Source of the DNA: Candidatus Sericytochromatia bacterium
GTDB taxonomy: Bacteria > Cyanobacteriota > Sericytochromatia > S15B-MN24 > UBA4093
NCBI GenBank assembly: GCA_036676495.1
Contig: JAKFCT010000063.1
Span: 1 to 30,739, forward strand
DNA length: 30,739 nt
Reading direction: 5' to 3'
Position numbers and translations under genes: made by a program. The notes under the pieces were generated by a model. That model saw only the letters and a list, made by a program, of their open reading frames with translations, was not told the origin of the DNA and searched no databases. Below, one piece after another: positions 9,069 through 17,747 of this stretch. Numbering within the stretch: position 1 is the stretch's first letter; every line of letters begins with the position of its first letter.

Positions 9069-10241
9069 ATGCCGCTTCTCAAAGACGAGGCTGCCAAGCT
9101 CTCGAACAACCTCCTCATCCAGGGTGTGATCGAAGAGGTAATCACCGAAGACGATCTCTGGGCTGTCCTCCCCTTCAAGCAGGTCAACAGCCTGGCCTAC
9201 GTCTACAACCGCGAGCGCGAGCTCTCGGAGCCCGACTTCCTCGGCGTCAACGAGAACGTCAGCGAGGGCGGGGCGAAGTTCGAAAAGGTCACCGCGTACT
9301 TGCGCGCGCTGATCGGCGACGTGGACGTCGACAAGTTCATCCAGCACACGATGGGCGACACCAACGACCAGAAGGCGATCCAGATCGCCAAGAAGTCGAA
9401 AGCCCTCAGCCGTAAGTGGCGCCGGACCCTCATCAACGGATCGGCGTACGCAGCCACCTGGGCGGGCGCCCCGGCAGGCTTCATCCTGGCCACCGAGGTT
9501 TCGGACGCCAACGGCCCCGGCTCGGGCACCCTGGAGATCGACATCGCTCCCACCCTCAAGGTTCGCTACGCCGCCCCTGGGGACGCCGCGGGAGCCTGGG
9601 TGGAGGCGGCCGCCGATGGGCGCTTCATCGTGCGCTCCGCCAACCCCGCCCGCTACCTGATCCTGACGCTCGACGTTTCGGAGAAGGGCGCGGCCGATGC
9701 CACCGCCACCGCAACCATCGCGGAATCCAAGGAGTTCACCGGCATGAAGTATCTGGTGGACCCCGCACAGACCATCTCCATGGGAACCGACGGGGGTGAC
9801 CTCTCGTTCGAGAAGCTCGACGAGCTGCTCGACGCGGTGAAGGTGGGCAACGAAAAGGTCCTGATCATGCCCTCGCGCACGATCCGCTCCTACAAGGCTC
9901 TACTTCGTAACGCCGGCGGCATCGAGCCCGCGATGATCATGATTCCGCAGTTCGGCAAGCCCATGCTGACCTACAACGGCGTCCCGATCCTCAAGAACGA
10001 CTACATCCCGGTCGACGAGGCGCAGGGAAACGGCACGGGCCTGACCCACGTCTACGCGGCCTTCCTCGACGAGGAGGAAGGCGTCACCGGTCTGGCCGGC
10101 GGCCCCAACGCGGGCTTCGCCGTGGAGGACGTCGGCACCGTCCAGAACAAGGACGCCGACCGCACCCGCGTCAAGCAGTACGGCGGTCTCGCGGTGCATA
10201 GCACCCTCAGCCTCGCCAAACTCGCTGGCGTCAAGAACTGA
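9069..10241 (+). CDS. Major capsid protein (HK97 fold) with an internal insertion
   Basis: LPF..V...AYVYNRE, GDVDVDKFI, YNGVPILKNDYI, RVKQYGGLA; AAGGAGG SD. Confidence 0.9.
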   Translation: MPLLKDEAAKLSNNLLIQGVIEEVITEDDLWAVLPFKQVNSLAYVYNRERELSEPDFLGVNENVSEGGAKFEKVTAYLRALIGDVDVDKFIQHTMGDTNDQKAIQIAKKSKALSRKWRRTLINGSAYAATWAGAPAGFILATEVSDANGPGSGTLEIDIAPTLKVRYAAPGDAAGAWVEAAADGRFIVRSANPARYLILTLDVSEKGAADATATATIAESKEFTGMKYLVDPAQTISMGTDGGDLSFEKLDELLDAVKVGNEKVLIMPSRTIRSYKALLRNAGGIEPAMIMIPQFGKPMLTYNGVPILKNDYIPVDEAQGNGTGLTHVYAAFLDEEEGVTGLAGGPNAGFAVEDVGTVQNKDADRTRVKQYGGLAVHSTLSLAKLAGVKN

Positions 10242-10249
10242 GGCCTGCC

Positions 10250-10540
10250 ATGGCGCTCACCGAAACCGAGAAGCTCCAGTCCAAGATGCTGCTCGGCATC
10301 CCGGCGAACGCAGGCGGTGACATTGACGGACTCCTGGGCGGCCTCACCGCCGCCCAGGAGTCCGAGGTCACCGCCATCCTCGGACAATGGAACACGCTCA
10401 AGCTGGACGCCGACAAGATCGTGGCGGAAGGCCTTGACTCCAATCCGGCCCGTACCGAGGCCAAGCTCCGGCGCCTGCTCGCCTTGGCGATCGGCTATCA
10501 ATTTCCGGGCGGCGGGTGCCTGCGGATCGCGAGGGGGTAG
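10250..10540 (+). CDS. Probable head-tail adaptor
   Basis: Position after capsid gene, small helical protein; synteny only. Confidence 0.55.
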   Translation: MALTETEKLQSKMLLGIPANAGGDIDGLLGGLTAAQESEVTAILGQWNTLKLDADKIVAEGLDSNPARTEAKLRRLLALAIGYQFPGGGCLRIARG

Positions 10541-10543
10541 TCG

Positions 10544-10945
10544 ATGGCCGACGCACTCAGCAAGCTCCAGGCTGGCGCCGACAAGGCGCGCGCCAAGCTC
10601 GCGGCTCACCGTCTCGGCGGCCGGGAGCGCACCGTCGCCATCCGGACCGTCACGGAGACCGGGGGAAACGCGGCGCTCGGCATCGCTCCGGCGCGCACGG
10701 TGACGGACACGGCCATCGAGCCCCGTCCCGTGGCCCGGGACGGCGGCTTCAAGCTCATCCAGTACGCCGAGGCCCATGGCGGCCGCCTCGAGGATGGCGA
10801 CCTCCTGGTCGACGCGATCTCCCGGTCCTACCCGGAGGAGCAGTTGCGCGGCGCGGACGCCTGGCTCGTGGATGGCGTCGAGTACTCCCTGATCCGGCTG
10901 GCGCGAAAGCCCACGGAGTGGGAGGCCTTCCTGCGGAGGGTTTGA
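10544..10945 (+). CDS. Probable head closure/stopper protein
   Basis: Position; beta-rich C-terminus (EDGDLLV, WLVDGVEYSL). Confidence 0.6.
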   Translation: MADALSKLQAGADKARAKLAAHRLGGRERTVAIRTVTETGGNAALGIAPARTVTDTAIEPRPVARDGGFKLIQYAEAHGGRLEDGDLLVDAISRSYPEEQLRGADAWLVDGVEYSLIRLARKPTEWEAFLRRV

Positions 10946-10946
10946 C

Positions 10947-11525
10947 GTGAGCGAATTCAAAATCACGACGGACGGCATCGAGGAGTTTATGGCCGATCTC
11001 TTGGAGTTCGGCGAGCTCGGGGAAGCGAACCTCGGCGCGGCGACCAAGCGGACGACCGGAGAGGCCTACCGGATGATCGTGGATGCCACCCCGGGCTCCC
11101 AGAAGCGCGAGTGGGACATGCGGTTCCCCGAGAAGATGGTGGGCGAGGTCTCGACCAACTCCAAGATCATGCACTTCCTCGAGTACGGCACGGGTCTCTA
11201 CACCGAGGCGGCGGACGGCAAGCGCGCCAAGTACAAGATCGCGCCGCGCTTCGCCAAGGCTCTGGCCTTCCAGGGTTCGGGCGGCAAGGCCTACCAGGTC
11301 GCGTCTCGCTTGGATGGCCGCGCCGTTTACCGCTCCAAGGCTGGCAACATGACTGTCGACAAGCGCCGCGCCGCCAACCTGGTCGTACGCAACTACGTCA
11401 TGCACCCGGGCATCAAGCCTGTCCGGATGGTCCGGAACAACCTGGCTCGGATGGGGCAAGCCTACGACGAGCACCTGCAGGCCGCCCTCGACGCGACCGT
11501 GAAAGGAGAGCGCCTTGGACCCTAG
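10947..11525 (+). CDS. HK97 gp10-like tail completion/neck protein
   Basis: HFLEYGTG, KALAF and VMHPGIKP motifs. Confidence 0.75.
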   Translation: MSEFKITTDGIEEFMADLLEFGELGEANLGAATKRTTGEAYRMIVDATPGSQKREWDMRFPEKMVGEVSTNSKIMHFLEYGTGLYTEAADGKRAKYKIAPRFAKALAFQGSGGKAYQVASRLDGRAVYRSKAGNMTVDKRRAANLVVRNYVMHPGIKPVRMVRNNLARMGQAYDEHLQAALDATVKGERLGP

Positions 11526-11958
11526 CCGCGTGAGCCAGAACATCAAGCGCACGGTGCAGGCCTACCTCGAAGGCGCGATCGTGGGAGCCCCGATCCTCTT
11601 CGACGGCCGCAAGCCACTCCCGAGCGAGCCCGCCTGGATCGATCCCGAGTGGAAGGCCCTCAACGAGACGGACCTTGGAAACTACGAGAAGCAGGCCAGC
11701 TGGAATCTCTTCCTCGACTGCTGGTCCTGGCGGTCGACTGACACCTTCGGCGGGATGCTCGACGCCTTGGCCGATCGCCTCAAGGAAGCCTGCCGGGACA
11801 GGCGCGTCCCGCTGCTCGACTACTCCGACCCCGAGAATCCGGCACCTACCGGCTACTTCGTGCGCCTCCGGATCGCCGGCGACGATCAGCTCGACCGCAC
11901 CGACCGCGTCCAGGGGCGCGCCATCCACATCGCCGTCGGATGGCTGATGCGCTCCTAA
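11515..11958 (+). CDS. Probable tail terminator protein
   Basis: Position before tail tube gene, size ~147 aa; TTG start after AAAGGAG. Confidence 0.55.
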   Translation: MDPSRVSQNIKRTVQAYLEGAIVGAPILFDGRKPLPSEPAWIDPEWKALNETDLGNYEKQASWNLFLDCWSWRSTDTFGGMLDALADRLKEACRDRRVPLLDYSDPENPAPTGYFVRLRIAGDDQLDRTDRVQGRAIHIAVGWLMRS

Positions 11959-11975
11959 CCCAGTTCAAGACCTCG

Positions 11976-12000
11976 CCCCCGGCCACGCGCCGGGGGTTTC
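11976..12000 (+). terminator. GC hairpin, weak terminator-like
   Basis: CCCCCGGC-cacgc-GCCGGGGG followed by TTTC. Confidence 0.45.
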
Positions 12001-12018
12001 GCGTGAAAGGAAGGCGCC

Positions 12019-12969
12019 ATGCCGAATCCCGAAATTATCGTCAAGACCGAAGGAAAGCTGATCTGGCTCAACAAGTCGAAGACGGGGGCCGTCCCCAAGA
12101 TCCTGGAACTGAACCAGGGGGGCATCCGGATCAGCGCCCCGAAGTCGATCGTCCCCATCCTCAACGACAACGGTACCCTCAATCACTGGAAGAAGACTCA
12201 GGAGCCCGAGACCACGGTCAACCTGTCCATGCTCTACCGGGACAAGCTGGGAAGCCTGCTCGGCGACACCCCCATGGGCTTCCAGGACAAGGATGCTGGG
12301 GTCTCGACCGCCTTTGGCGACCTCTACCATCAGGGCGACTCCGGCGGCATCACCGACGTGCTGGGCATGCCGTTCGTCACCCTCTCGAGCTACACGATAT
12401 CCTCCGCCCCCGAAGGTAACACGCTTGAGCTCGCCTTCCGCGGCATCGGCGAGCCCACCAACGATGACGAGGCGATCGCCCTCGCCGAAGCCATCACGCT
12501 CGGCAACCCCGAGGTCATCGTCGCGGCCGAGAGTTATATCCGCTGGCTCTCCAGTGGCGCCGGTGCGCCGGCGGCCCGGACGCTCGGCTTCACGAATGCG
12601 GGATGGCGCCTCACGGTCAACTTCAACACCCTGCTCGTCCGGAAGACCGATACGACCTTCTCCCATGCCAAGGTCAACGGCCCCCCGACCTGGGACCTTA
12701 CGGTCAACCAGTTCTACCAGGACGGCGTCACGAACCTGCTGTTCGACACTGTCAACGGCTACGGGGTGAAAGCCGCCGGCAAGTCGGTGCCCTTCGGGAC
12801 GATCGCCGTCGAGAGCATGCTCGCCGCGGGCGGTGTCGAGTCCATCCGCCTGGCCGACGCGGTGCTGACGCAGTGGGACTTCTCGCAGGCCGCCGAGGGC
12901 AACCCGCTCGCCCTGACGTTCCGAGGCATCGGCGCCCCGCAGTTCCTGGCGGCGAGCTTGGGAAGCTAG
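12019..12969 (+). CDS. Major tail tube protein with internal duplication
   Basis: Position; two homologous halves (NPEIIVKTEGKLIWL/NPEVIVAAESYIRWL; EGNTLELAFRGIG/EGNPLALTFRGIG). Confidence 0.75.
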   Translation: MPNPEIIVKTEGKLIWLNKSKTGAVPKILELNQGGIRISAPKSIVPILNDNGTLNHWKKTQEPETTVNLSMLYRDKLGSLLGDTPMGFQDKDAGVSTAFGDLYHQGDSGGITDVLGMPFVTLSSYTISSAPEGNTLELAFRGIGEPTNDDEAIALAEAITLGNPEVIVAAESYIRWLSSGAGAPAARTLGFTNAGWRLTVNFNTLLVRKTDTTFSHAKVNGPPTWDLTVNQFYQDGVTNLLFDTVNGYGVKAAGKSVPFGTIAVESMLAAGGVESIRLADAVLTQWDFSQAAEGNPLALTFRGIGAPQFLAASLGS

Positions 12970-12978
12970 GGGGCGACC

Positions 12979-13173
12979 ATGGCCAAGACGATCGAGCAAC
13001 TCCATGCCGACTGGTGCGCGGCTCGCGGCACCTCCGCTGAAGCCGAGCGCGCGGCGTGGGAGGCCTACCAGGCGGCCGTGAAAGCGGAGAAGGATGCCGA
13101 GGGCTCCAGCGGCCCGGCAGCACCCTCCAACACCCATGCCGTGACGACCCAGAAGGCCAAGCGCAGCAAGTAA
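12979..13173 (+). CDS. Small hypothetical phage protein
   Basis: AGGGGG SD, co-oriented, followed by a hairpin. Confidence 0.65.
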   Translation: MAKTIEQLHADWCAARGTSAEAERAAWEAYQAAVKAEKDAEGSSGPAAPSNTHAVTTQKAKRSK

Positions 13174-13193
13174 AGCTCTCCCGCGAGGGAGCG

Positions 13194-13228
13194 GCGCCCC
13201 GGGTTCCCTCCTCGCCCGGGGCGCTTTG
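13194..13228 (+). terminator. Terminator-like hairpin
   Basis: 10-bp stem GCGCCCCGGG/CCCGGGGCGC followed by TTTG. Confidence 0.55.
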
Positions 13229-13263
13229 CCGTTTCCAGAGGAGAACGAGAGGAGAGAACCCCC

Positions 13264-13788
13264 ATGCCCAAGCTTCACGAAATCATCTCCGGTCGCAAGA
13301 TCGGCGTGTTCCCCGTCGGGAAGGTTAAGCCCGCGGTCGCCCGCCTGGCCGATATCCTTCCCCGCTTTGGCCTCACCGCCGAGAACATCGCCCAGGCGAT
13401 CGCCGACTTCCAGTCCGATGACGAGGAGATCGACTTCGAGATCCACTTCCGGCGCATCACCTCGACCGAGAACGACCGCTTGCGGGCGATCGCCAAGAAG
13501 AAGCCGAGCACGATGGATCCGAAGACCAAGCAGTGGTCGAACGAGGAAGTCGACCTCGAGGACCTCGCCCTCCTGCGCCTGGGCTACGCTCTGACCAACC
13601 CGGAGTTCCCTGATGGGATGGAGCTTCCCGAAGACCTGCACTCCCCCGAGCTCGAGGCAGGCGTGCGGAAGCGGGCCTCCTACATCAAAGCCAACTTCGC
13701 CGATACGGAGATCCGGCAGCTTGCCATCGCCCTGGCCGAGCACTGCTCCTTCGACCTGCAGGCGGCCAAGGATCGCGTAAAAAACTAA
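13264..13788 (+). CDS. Tail assembly chaperone (gpG-like)
   Basis: Between tail tube and tape measure; ends ...VKN at slippery A AAA AAC. Confidence 0.8.
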   Translation: MPKLHEIISGRKIGVFPVGKVKPAVARLADILPRFGLTAENIAQAIADFQSDDEEIDFEIHFRRITSTENDRLRAIAKKKPSTMDPKTKQWSNEEVDLEDLALLRLGYALTNPEFPDGMELPEDLHSPELEAGVRKRASYIKANFADTEIRQLAIALAEHCSFDLQAAKDRVKN

Positions 13789-14042
13789 TCGGCCCCGAGC
13801 TGGCCGCCGATCCTCCCAAGCTCCCAGACAACCCCAAGGCCCCGAAGGTCAGCATCCCCCCGATGCTGACCTCCATGGAGTTCGTGCTGGGCTCGGTGTG
13901 CAAGGAGCATGGCCTGACTCGGGCGCAATTCGACTCCCTGAGCGACGAGGCGCAGATCGACCGCGTCGCTCACTATTTGGCAGACCAGCAGATCGCCAAG
14001 TGGCAGAACTATCGCGACGCGGCGCAGATGCAGCAGAGGTGA
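13782..14042 (+). CDS. -1 frameshift extension of the tail chaperone (gpT-like)
   Basis: -1 frame open from the slippery site (KLIGPELAADPP...DAAQMQQR) to TGA 14042, 4 nt before the tape measure ATG. Confidence 0.8.
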   Translation, partial: KLIGPELAADPPKLPDNPKAPKVSIPPMLTSMEFVLGSVCKEHGLTRAQFDSLSDEAQIDRVAHYLADQQIAKWQNYRDAAQMQQR

Positions 14043-14046
14043 TGAG

Positions 14047-17000
14047 ATGGCAGAACGTGTCTTGAGGGCTCGCTTCGAGGGCGATGCCAGCGGGCTCAAG
14101 CGCATGGCGCAGGAGGGCAAGCAGGCCATCGACATGGTGGTCGATGCCCAGGAGAAGGGCTCTCGTGAGATGGTGACCGCTACGGCCCAGGCCGAAGCCA
14201 AGATGGTGTCCGCCGTCCAGAGTGCCTCCCAGCGCCGGATCTCGTTCATCCAGCGCGAGACCAACGACGCAATCCAGGCAATCGAAAAGCTCCCCATCGC
14301 TAGAGAGGAAAAGGAGCGCCAGATCGCCCGGATCGTGGAGACCAATGCCAAGCGCACCTCCGAGATCCTGATCCAAGAGATCCGGAGACAAGAGCAGGCA
14401 CACCAGCAGGTATCAGATGGCATGGGCTCGCAAAGCGAAGCGGCCATCGCTCTCACCCGGAACATCGCGGGCCTTGTGGCGGCCTACGTCTCGCTACAGA
14501 GCATCATCGGGATGGCCGGAAAGGGACTCGCCGGCAACGCTGACCTTCAACAGGCCGGGTTGACCTTCGAGGTCCTCTTCAAGGATGCCGATCGAGCGAA
14601 GGCCAAGATCGAGGAGCTGTACAGCTTCGCAGCCAAGACGCCTTTCGAGTTCGCTCCGGTCAAAGACGCGGCTCTCGCCCTGGAGACGTTTGGCCTGAAC
14701 TCGTCGGTCTACCTGCGGGATGCCGGCGACCTGGCCGCCGCCTTCGGCGCGGAAATCTCGGAAGTGGCGCGCGTCTTCGGGCGCATCAACTCGGGCGACT
14801 TCGGCGAAGCCTTCGAACGCCTGCGGGACTTCGGCATCTCGCGTGAGCTCCTCGAGGGTGAGGGGCTCGTCTTCGACAAGTCGGGTTCCTACCAGGGATC
14901 CGTCGAGCAGGCCCTGGCGGCTGTGCAGAACATCATCCGCACGAAGTTCGGCGGCATGATGGAGCGCCAATCCGGGATCTTCAACGGCCAGATGAGCAAC
15001 CTGGCTGACAATTTCCAGACGATCCTCAACTCGACCATGGCTCCGACATTCGATACCCTGACCGGCGCGGTCACGGAGCTGAATACCGCACTGGATGGTG
15101 CGTTCGGCGACGAGATGCAGGCGAACATCCGCGTTCTCGGCGACATCGTGAACGGCGTCGCCGTGGCCTCCCTGGCGCTCGGCAAGGCGATTGGCGAAAC
15201 CCTGGACGAGATGATGGCCCCCCTGCGCTGGCTGCGGGACACCGCCGCTTCACTGGGCAGGGGGGCTGGAGAGCGCGATGTTGCAAAGTCCCTCGTCCTA
15301 TCATCCGGCATCAACCCCAACCGGGCGCAGCATTACGCCAACCTCGTGGGGCGCGGCGAGAATCTCCAGAACATCGCTCGTGATTTCCGGGTGAACTCAT
15401 GGGGTGATCAGAAGGGCGTTCAAGAGGACCTCGGGCGCCTGGCGGTCATCATGGCCGACGCGAAGCAGATCGTCGCCGGCACCAAGCAGTACCAGAACTT
15501 CGAGCCGTTCGGCCCCCCACTGCCACCAGGCGGCACCCCCCCAAAGGATCCTCGCGACAGCGGCGCGGCTAAACCCATGGAAGGCCACCAGCTCTTCGCG
15601 GCCCAGCACAAGGCGGGCTTCCTCTCCGACGACCAGTACCTCGCGAAGCTCAACGTCGAGCTCGGTAAGGTGGTCAAGAACTCCTCGGACTACTTCTCGA
15701 TCCTCGAGAAGATCAAGGCTCTTGAGACCGGGGCGCCGAGCTTTGCTCTGCCGGCCAAGACCGGCAACGGGTATTACTTCCCTGGAGGCGGCCCGGATCA
15801 GTTCTTTGGCCCTGGCTACGGCAAGGACTTGGTAGATTTCGAGGGGCGCGAGGCAAAGCGCACCGAGGACCTTGGCGCACGAATCGAGCGCGAGGCCACT
15901 GCCTACGCCAAGAAGCAGGAGCAAATCCGCAAGGAAAACGAGAAGATCGCAAAAGACCTGGGGTTGGAGGCTGACAAATCTCTTCGTTCCGGACTCGAAG
16001 CAGGAGTCTCTGCATTCCTGGATGGCGGTCTCGGGAACCTCGGGGAAGCCACCTACTCTCTATCGAAGGATGCCTTCAGCAAGGCGCTCGTCGATGGGAT
16101 CATGAGCGGCGAGATGAAGGATGCTTTCGGTGGTCTCGGGGCGTCTCTCGGCGCGGCGCTCCAGCATCCGATGACCGCGGCCGTTGCTGTCGCTGCCGTA
16201 GGCGTCATGCAGATTAAAGACGCCTTCGACAAAATCCAGGTGCACAACCAGAAGCTCGCCGATCTGCGTAAAAAGTACAGCGATTCTTCCTTTTCCGATA
16301 CGGACTCTGCTCGCGATCTCAAGCAGTTGACCACGGAACGGGCAGCTTACGAGAAGGAGGCGAATAGAAATCCCAACCTGCTCGAAGCCATGATGGGCTT
16401 CGGTTACACGAAGGCCATATCCAGGGAAAAGCTCAAGACCTATGACGCTATGATCCCCGGGGTTGCTAACAAGGCGTTCGACGAGAGCTGGAAGGATCGG
16501 GATGCGGCGGTCAATGCGTCATCGCTCGCGGAGGCGCTGGCCGCGACGGAGGCGGCTGCTTGGGGATTTGCGACGTCGAACGGACTTTCCGTGGAAGTCT
16601 CGAATCAGCTCATCGAGGCCAAGAAGAACGAAATCAAGGCCGCGTGGAGTGCCGCGAAAGCGCTCGAAAATTTCGACAAACTTGAAAACGTCGCATCTGG
16701 CTTTAATAGGGCAAACGAGTGGATCGAGCAGCTCACCGGCGAGAAGACCAGCGATGAATCGATCTCCATGGGCGTGTATGCCGCAACCCACGGCGCGGTG
16801 AATCTCAGCGACGTTGACAGCATGGATGCCGTCGAGTTGGCCCGTCTCTACAAGGAGCTTATTTACGGCCAGAACAACGGCAATCCAACCGGCGAGGCGA
16901 AATATTCGGTTGGCATGGGTCTCGGCCCTGCCCCGAAGAGCACCAGAGAACAGATCGCCAATATCATCGGGTACGATCCGGGGATGGCAGCTGATGAGGA

Positions 17001-17286
17001 CGGCAACCAGATCGATCTCCTCAAGCCTCTACTGGAAAACGTCATCATGCCGGCATTGATCGAGATGCGGGCAGGAGACCAGGGTCAGGGTTCAAGTCAA
17101 TCGATTGGCTCCATGAGCAACCCGGATCATGCTCTTCAGTTCGATGCCCCGCAAACCCGCAACATCGTCAACAACAACTCCTTCAGCGTCCATAGCCAGG
17201 CCTTCATGGGCAACCGCGCCGAGGCGCGGGAGTTCGCGATGATGATCTGGGAGGAATTCAGGGCGATCGACGGAGAGTCGGTTTAG
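14047..17286 (+). CDS. Tail tape measure protein
   Basis: 1079 aa, Ala/Gly-rich helical; tape-measure motifs FAAKTPFE and GQMSNLADN. Confidence 0.92.
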   Translation: MAERVLRARFEGDASGLKRMAQEGKQAIDMVVDAQEKGSREMVTATAQAEAKMVSAVQSASQRRISFIQRETNDAIQAIEKLPIAREEKERQIARIVETNAKRTSEILIQEIRRQEQAHQQVSDGMGSQSEAAIALTRNIAGLVAAYVSLQSIIGMAGKGLAGNADLQQAGLTFEVLFKDADRAKAKIEELYSFAAKTPFEFAPVKDAALALETFGLNSSVYLRDAGDLAAAFGAEISEVARVFGRINSGDFGEAFERLRDFGISRELLEGEGLVFDKSGSYQGSVEQALAAVQNIIRTKFGGMMERQSGIFNGQMSNLADNFQTILNSTMAPTFDTLTGAVTELNTALDGAFGDEMQANIRVLGDIVNGVAVASLALGKAIGETLDEMMAPLRWLRDTAASLGRGAGERDVAKSLVLSSGINPNRAQHYANLVGRGENLQNIARDFRVNSWGDQKGVQEDLGRLAVIMADAKQIVAGTKQYQNFEPFGPPLPPGGTPPKDPRDSGAAKPMEGHQLFAAQHKAGFLSDDQYLAKLNVELGKVVKNSSDYFSILEKIKALETGAPSFALPAKTGNGYYFPGGGPDQFFGPGYGKDLVDFEGREAKRTEDLGARIEREATAYAKKQEQIRKENEKIAKDLGLEADKSLRSGLEAGVSAFLDGGLGNLGEATYSLSKDAFSKALVDGIMSGEMKDAFGGLGASLGAALQHPMTAAVAVAAVGVMQIKDAFDKIQVHNQKLADLRKKYSDSSFSDTDSARDLKQLTTERAAYEKEANRNPNLLEAMMGFGYTKAISREKLKTYDAMIPGVANKAFDESWKDRDAAVNASSLAEALAATEAAAWGFATSNGLSVEVSNQLIEAKKNEIKAAWSAAKALENFDKLENVASGFNRANEWIEQLTGEKTSDESISMGVYAATHGAVNLSDVDSMDAVELARLYKELIYGQNNGNPTGEAKYSVGMGLGPAPKSTREQIANIIGYDPGMAADEDGNQIDLLKPLLENVIMPALIEMRAGDQGQGSSQSIGSMSNPDHALQFDAPQTRNIVNNNSFSVHSQAFMGNRAEAREFAMMIWEEFRAIDGESV

Positions 17287-17327
17287 TTCTCTCGCCACCC
17301 TGGCAAGCATCAATTGACGCGTAGAAA

Positions 17328-17366
17328 CCCCCATTTTTTGCTCAGCATGGCGGCAAAAAATGGGGG
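17328..17366. repeat. Perfect 14-bp inverted repeat
   Basis: CCCCCATTTTTTGC-N11-GCAAAAAATGGGGG, with further flanking AAA/TTT pairing possible. Confidence 0.85.
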
Positions 17367-17392
17367 GTTTTGGCCAAAGAAAGGGGGCTCCC

Positions 17393-17746
17393 ATGCCAAT
17401 CCCTATCATCATCGCGGGCTTCGAGCTCTTCCCCGAGCCCTTCACCGTCACCCCTTTCCGGATCGGATCGACCAAACCCCGACGCTCGCTCCGTGGCAAG
17501 GGGTTCCAGAAGATCGTTCGGGAGTTGCGCCGACTTCCCATCGCCTGGGAGGCGGCTGACGAGGACGAGATGCAGATCATCCGGATCCTCTGGACTCGCT
17601 CGAAGGATGCGCCGCTCGCCGTCGCGTGTACAGATCCAGCCGTCCAGGGCAATTTCTTCATCACGGACGAGGAGTTCAATTTCACGCGCCTTGATGGCGA
17701 CGGGCACTTCTACCGGGGCTCGTTGACCCTCGAGGAGGAGGGATAG
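17393..17746 (+). CDS. Probable distal tail protein
   Basis: Follows tape measure; C-terminal YRGSLTLEE strand; AAAGGGGG SD before ATG 17393. Confidence 0.65.
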   Translation: MPIPIIIAGFELFPEPFTVTPFRIGSTKPRRSLRGKGFQKIVRELRRLPIAWEAADEDEMQIIRILWTRSKDAPLAVACTDPAVQGNFFITDEEFNFTRLDGDGHFYRGSLTLEEEG

Positions 17747-17747
17747 C

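Noticed and set aside
9069-10241. Encapsulin or gene transfer agent interpretation
   Set aside because: Embedded in a full terminase-portal-tail-lysis module with a long tape measure gene; an ordinary prophage is more parsimonious.
7851-13743. Long antisense ORFs (e.g. 7851-9347, 11965-13743) and similar ones elsewhere
   Set aside because: Shadow frames of GC-rich genes with no recognisable motifs.
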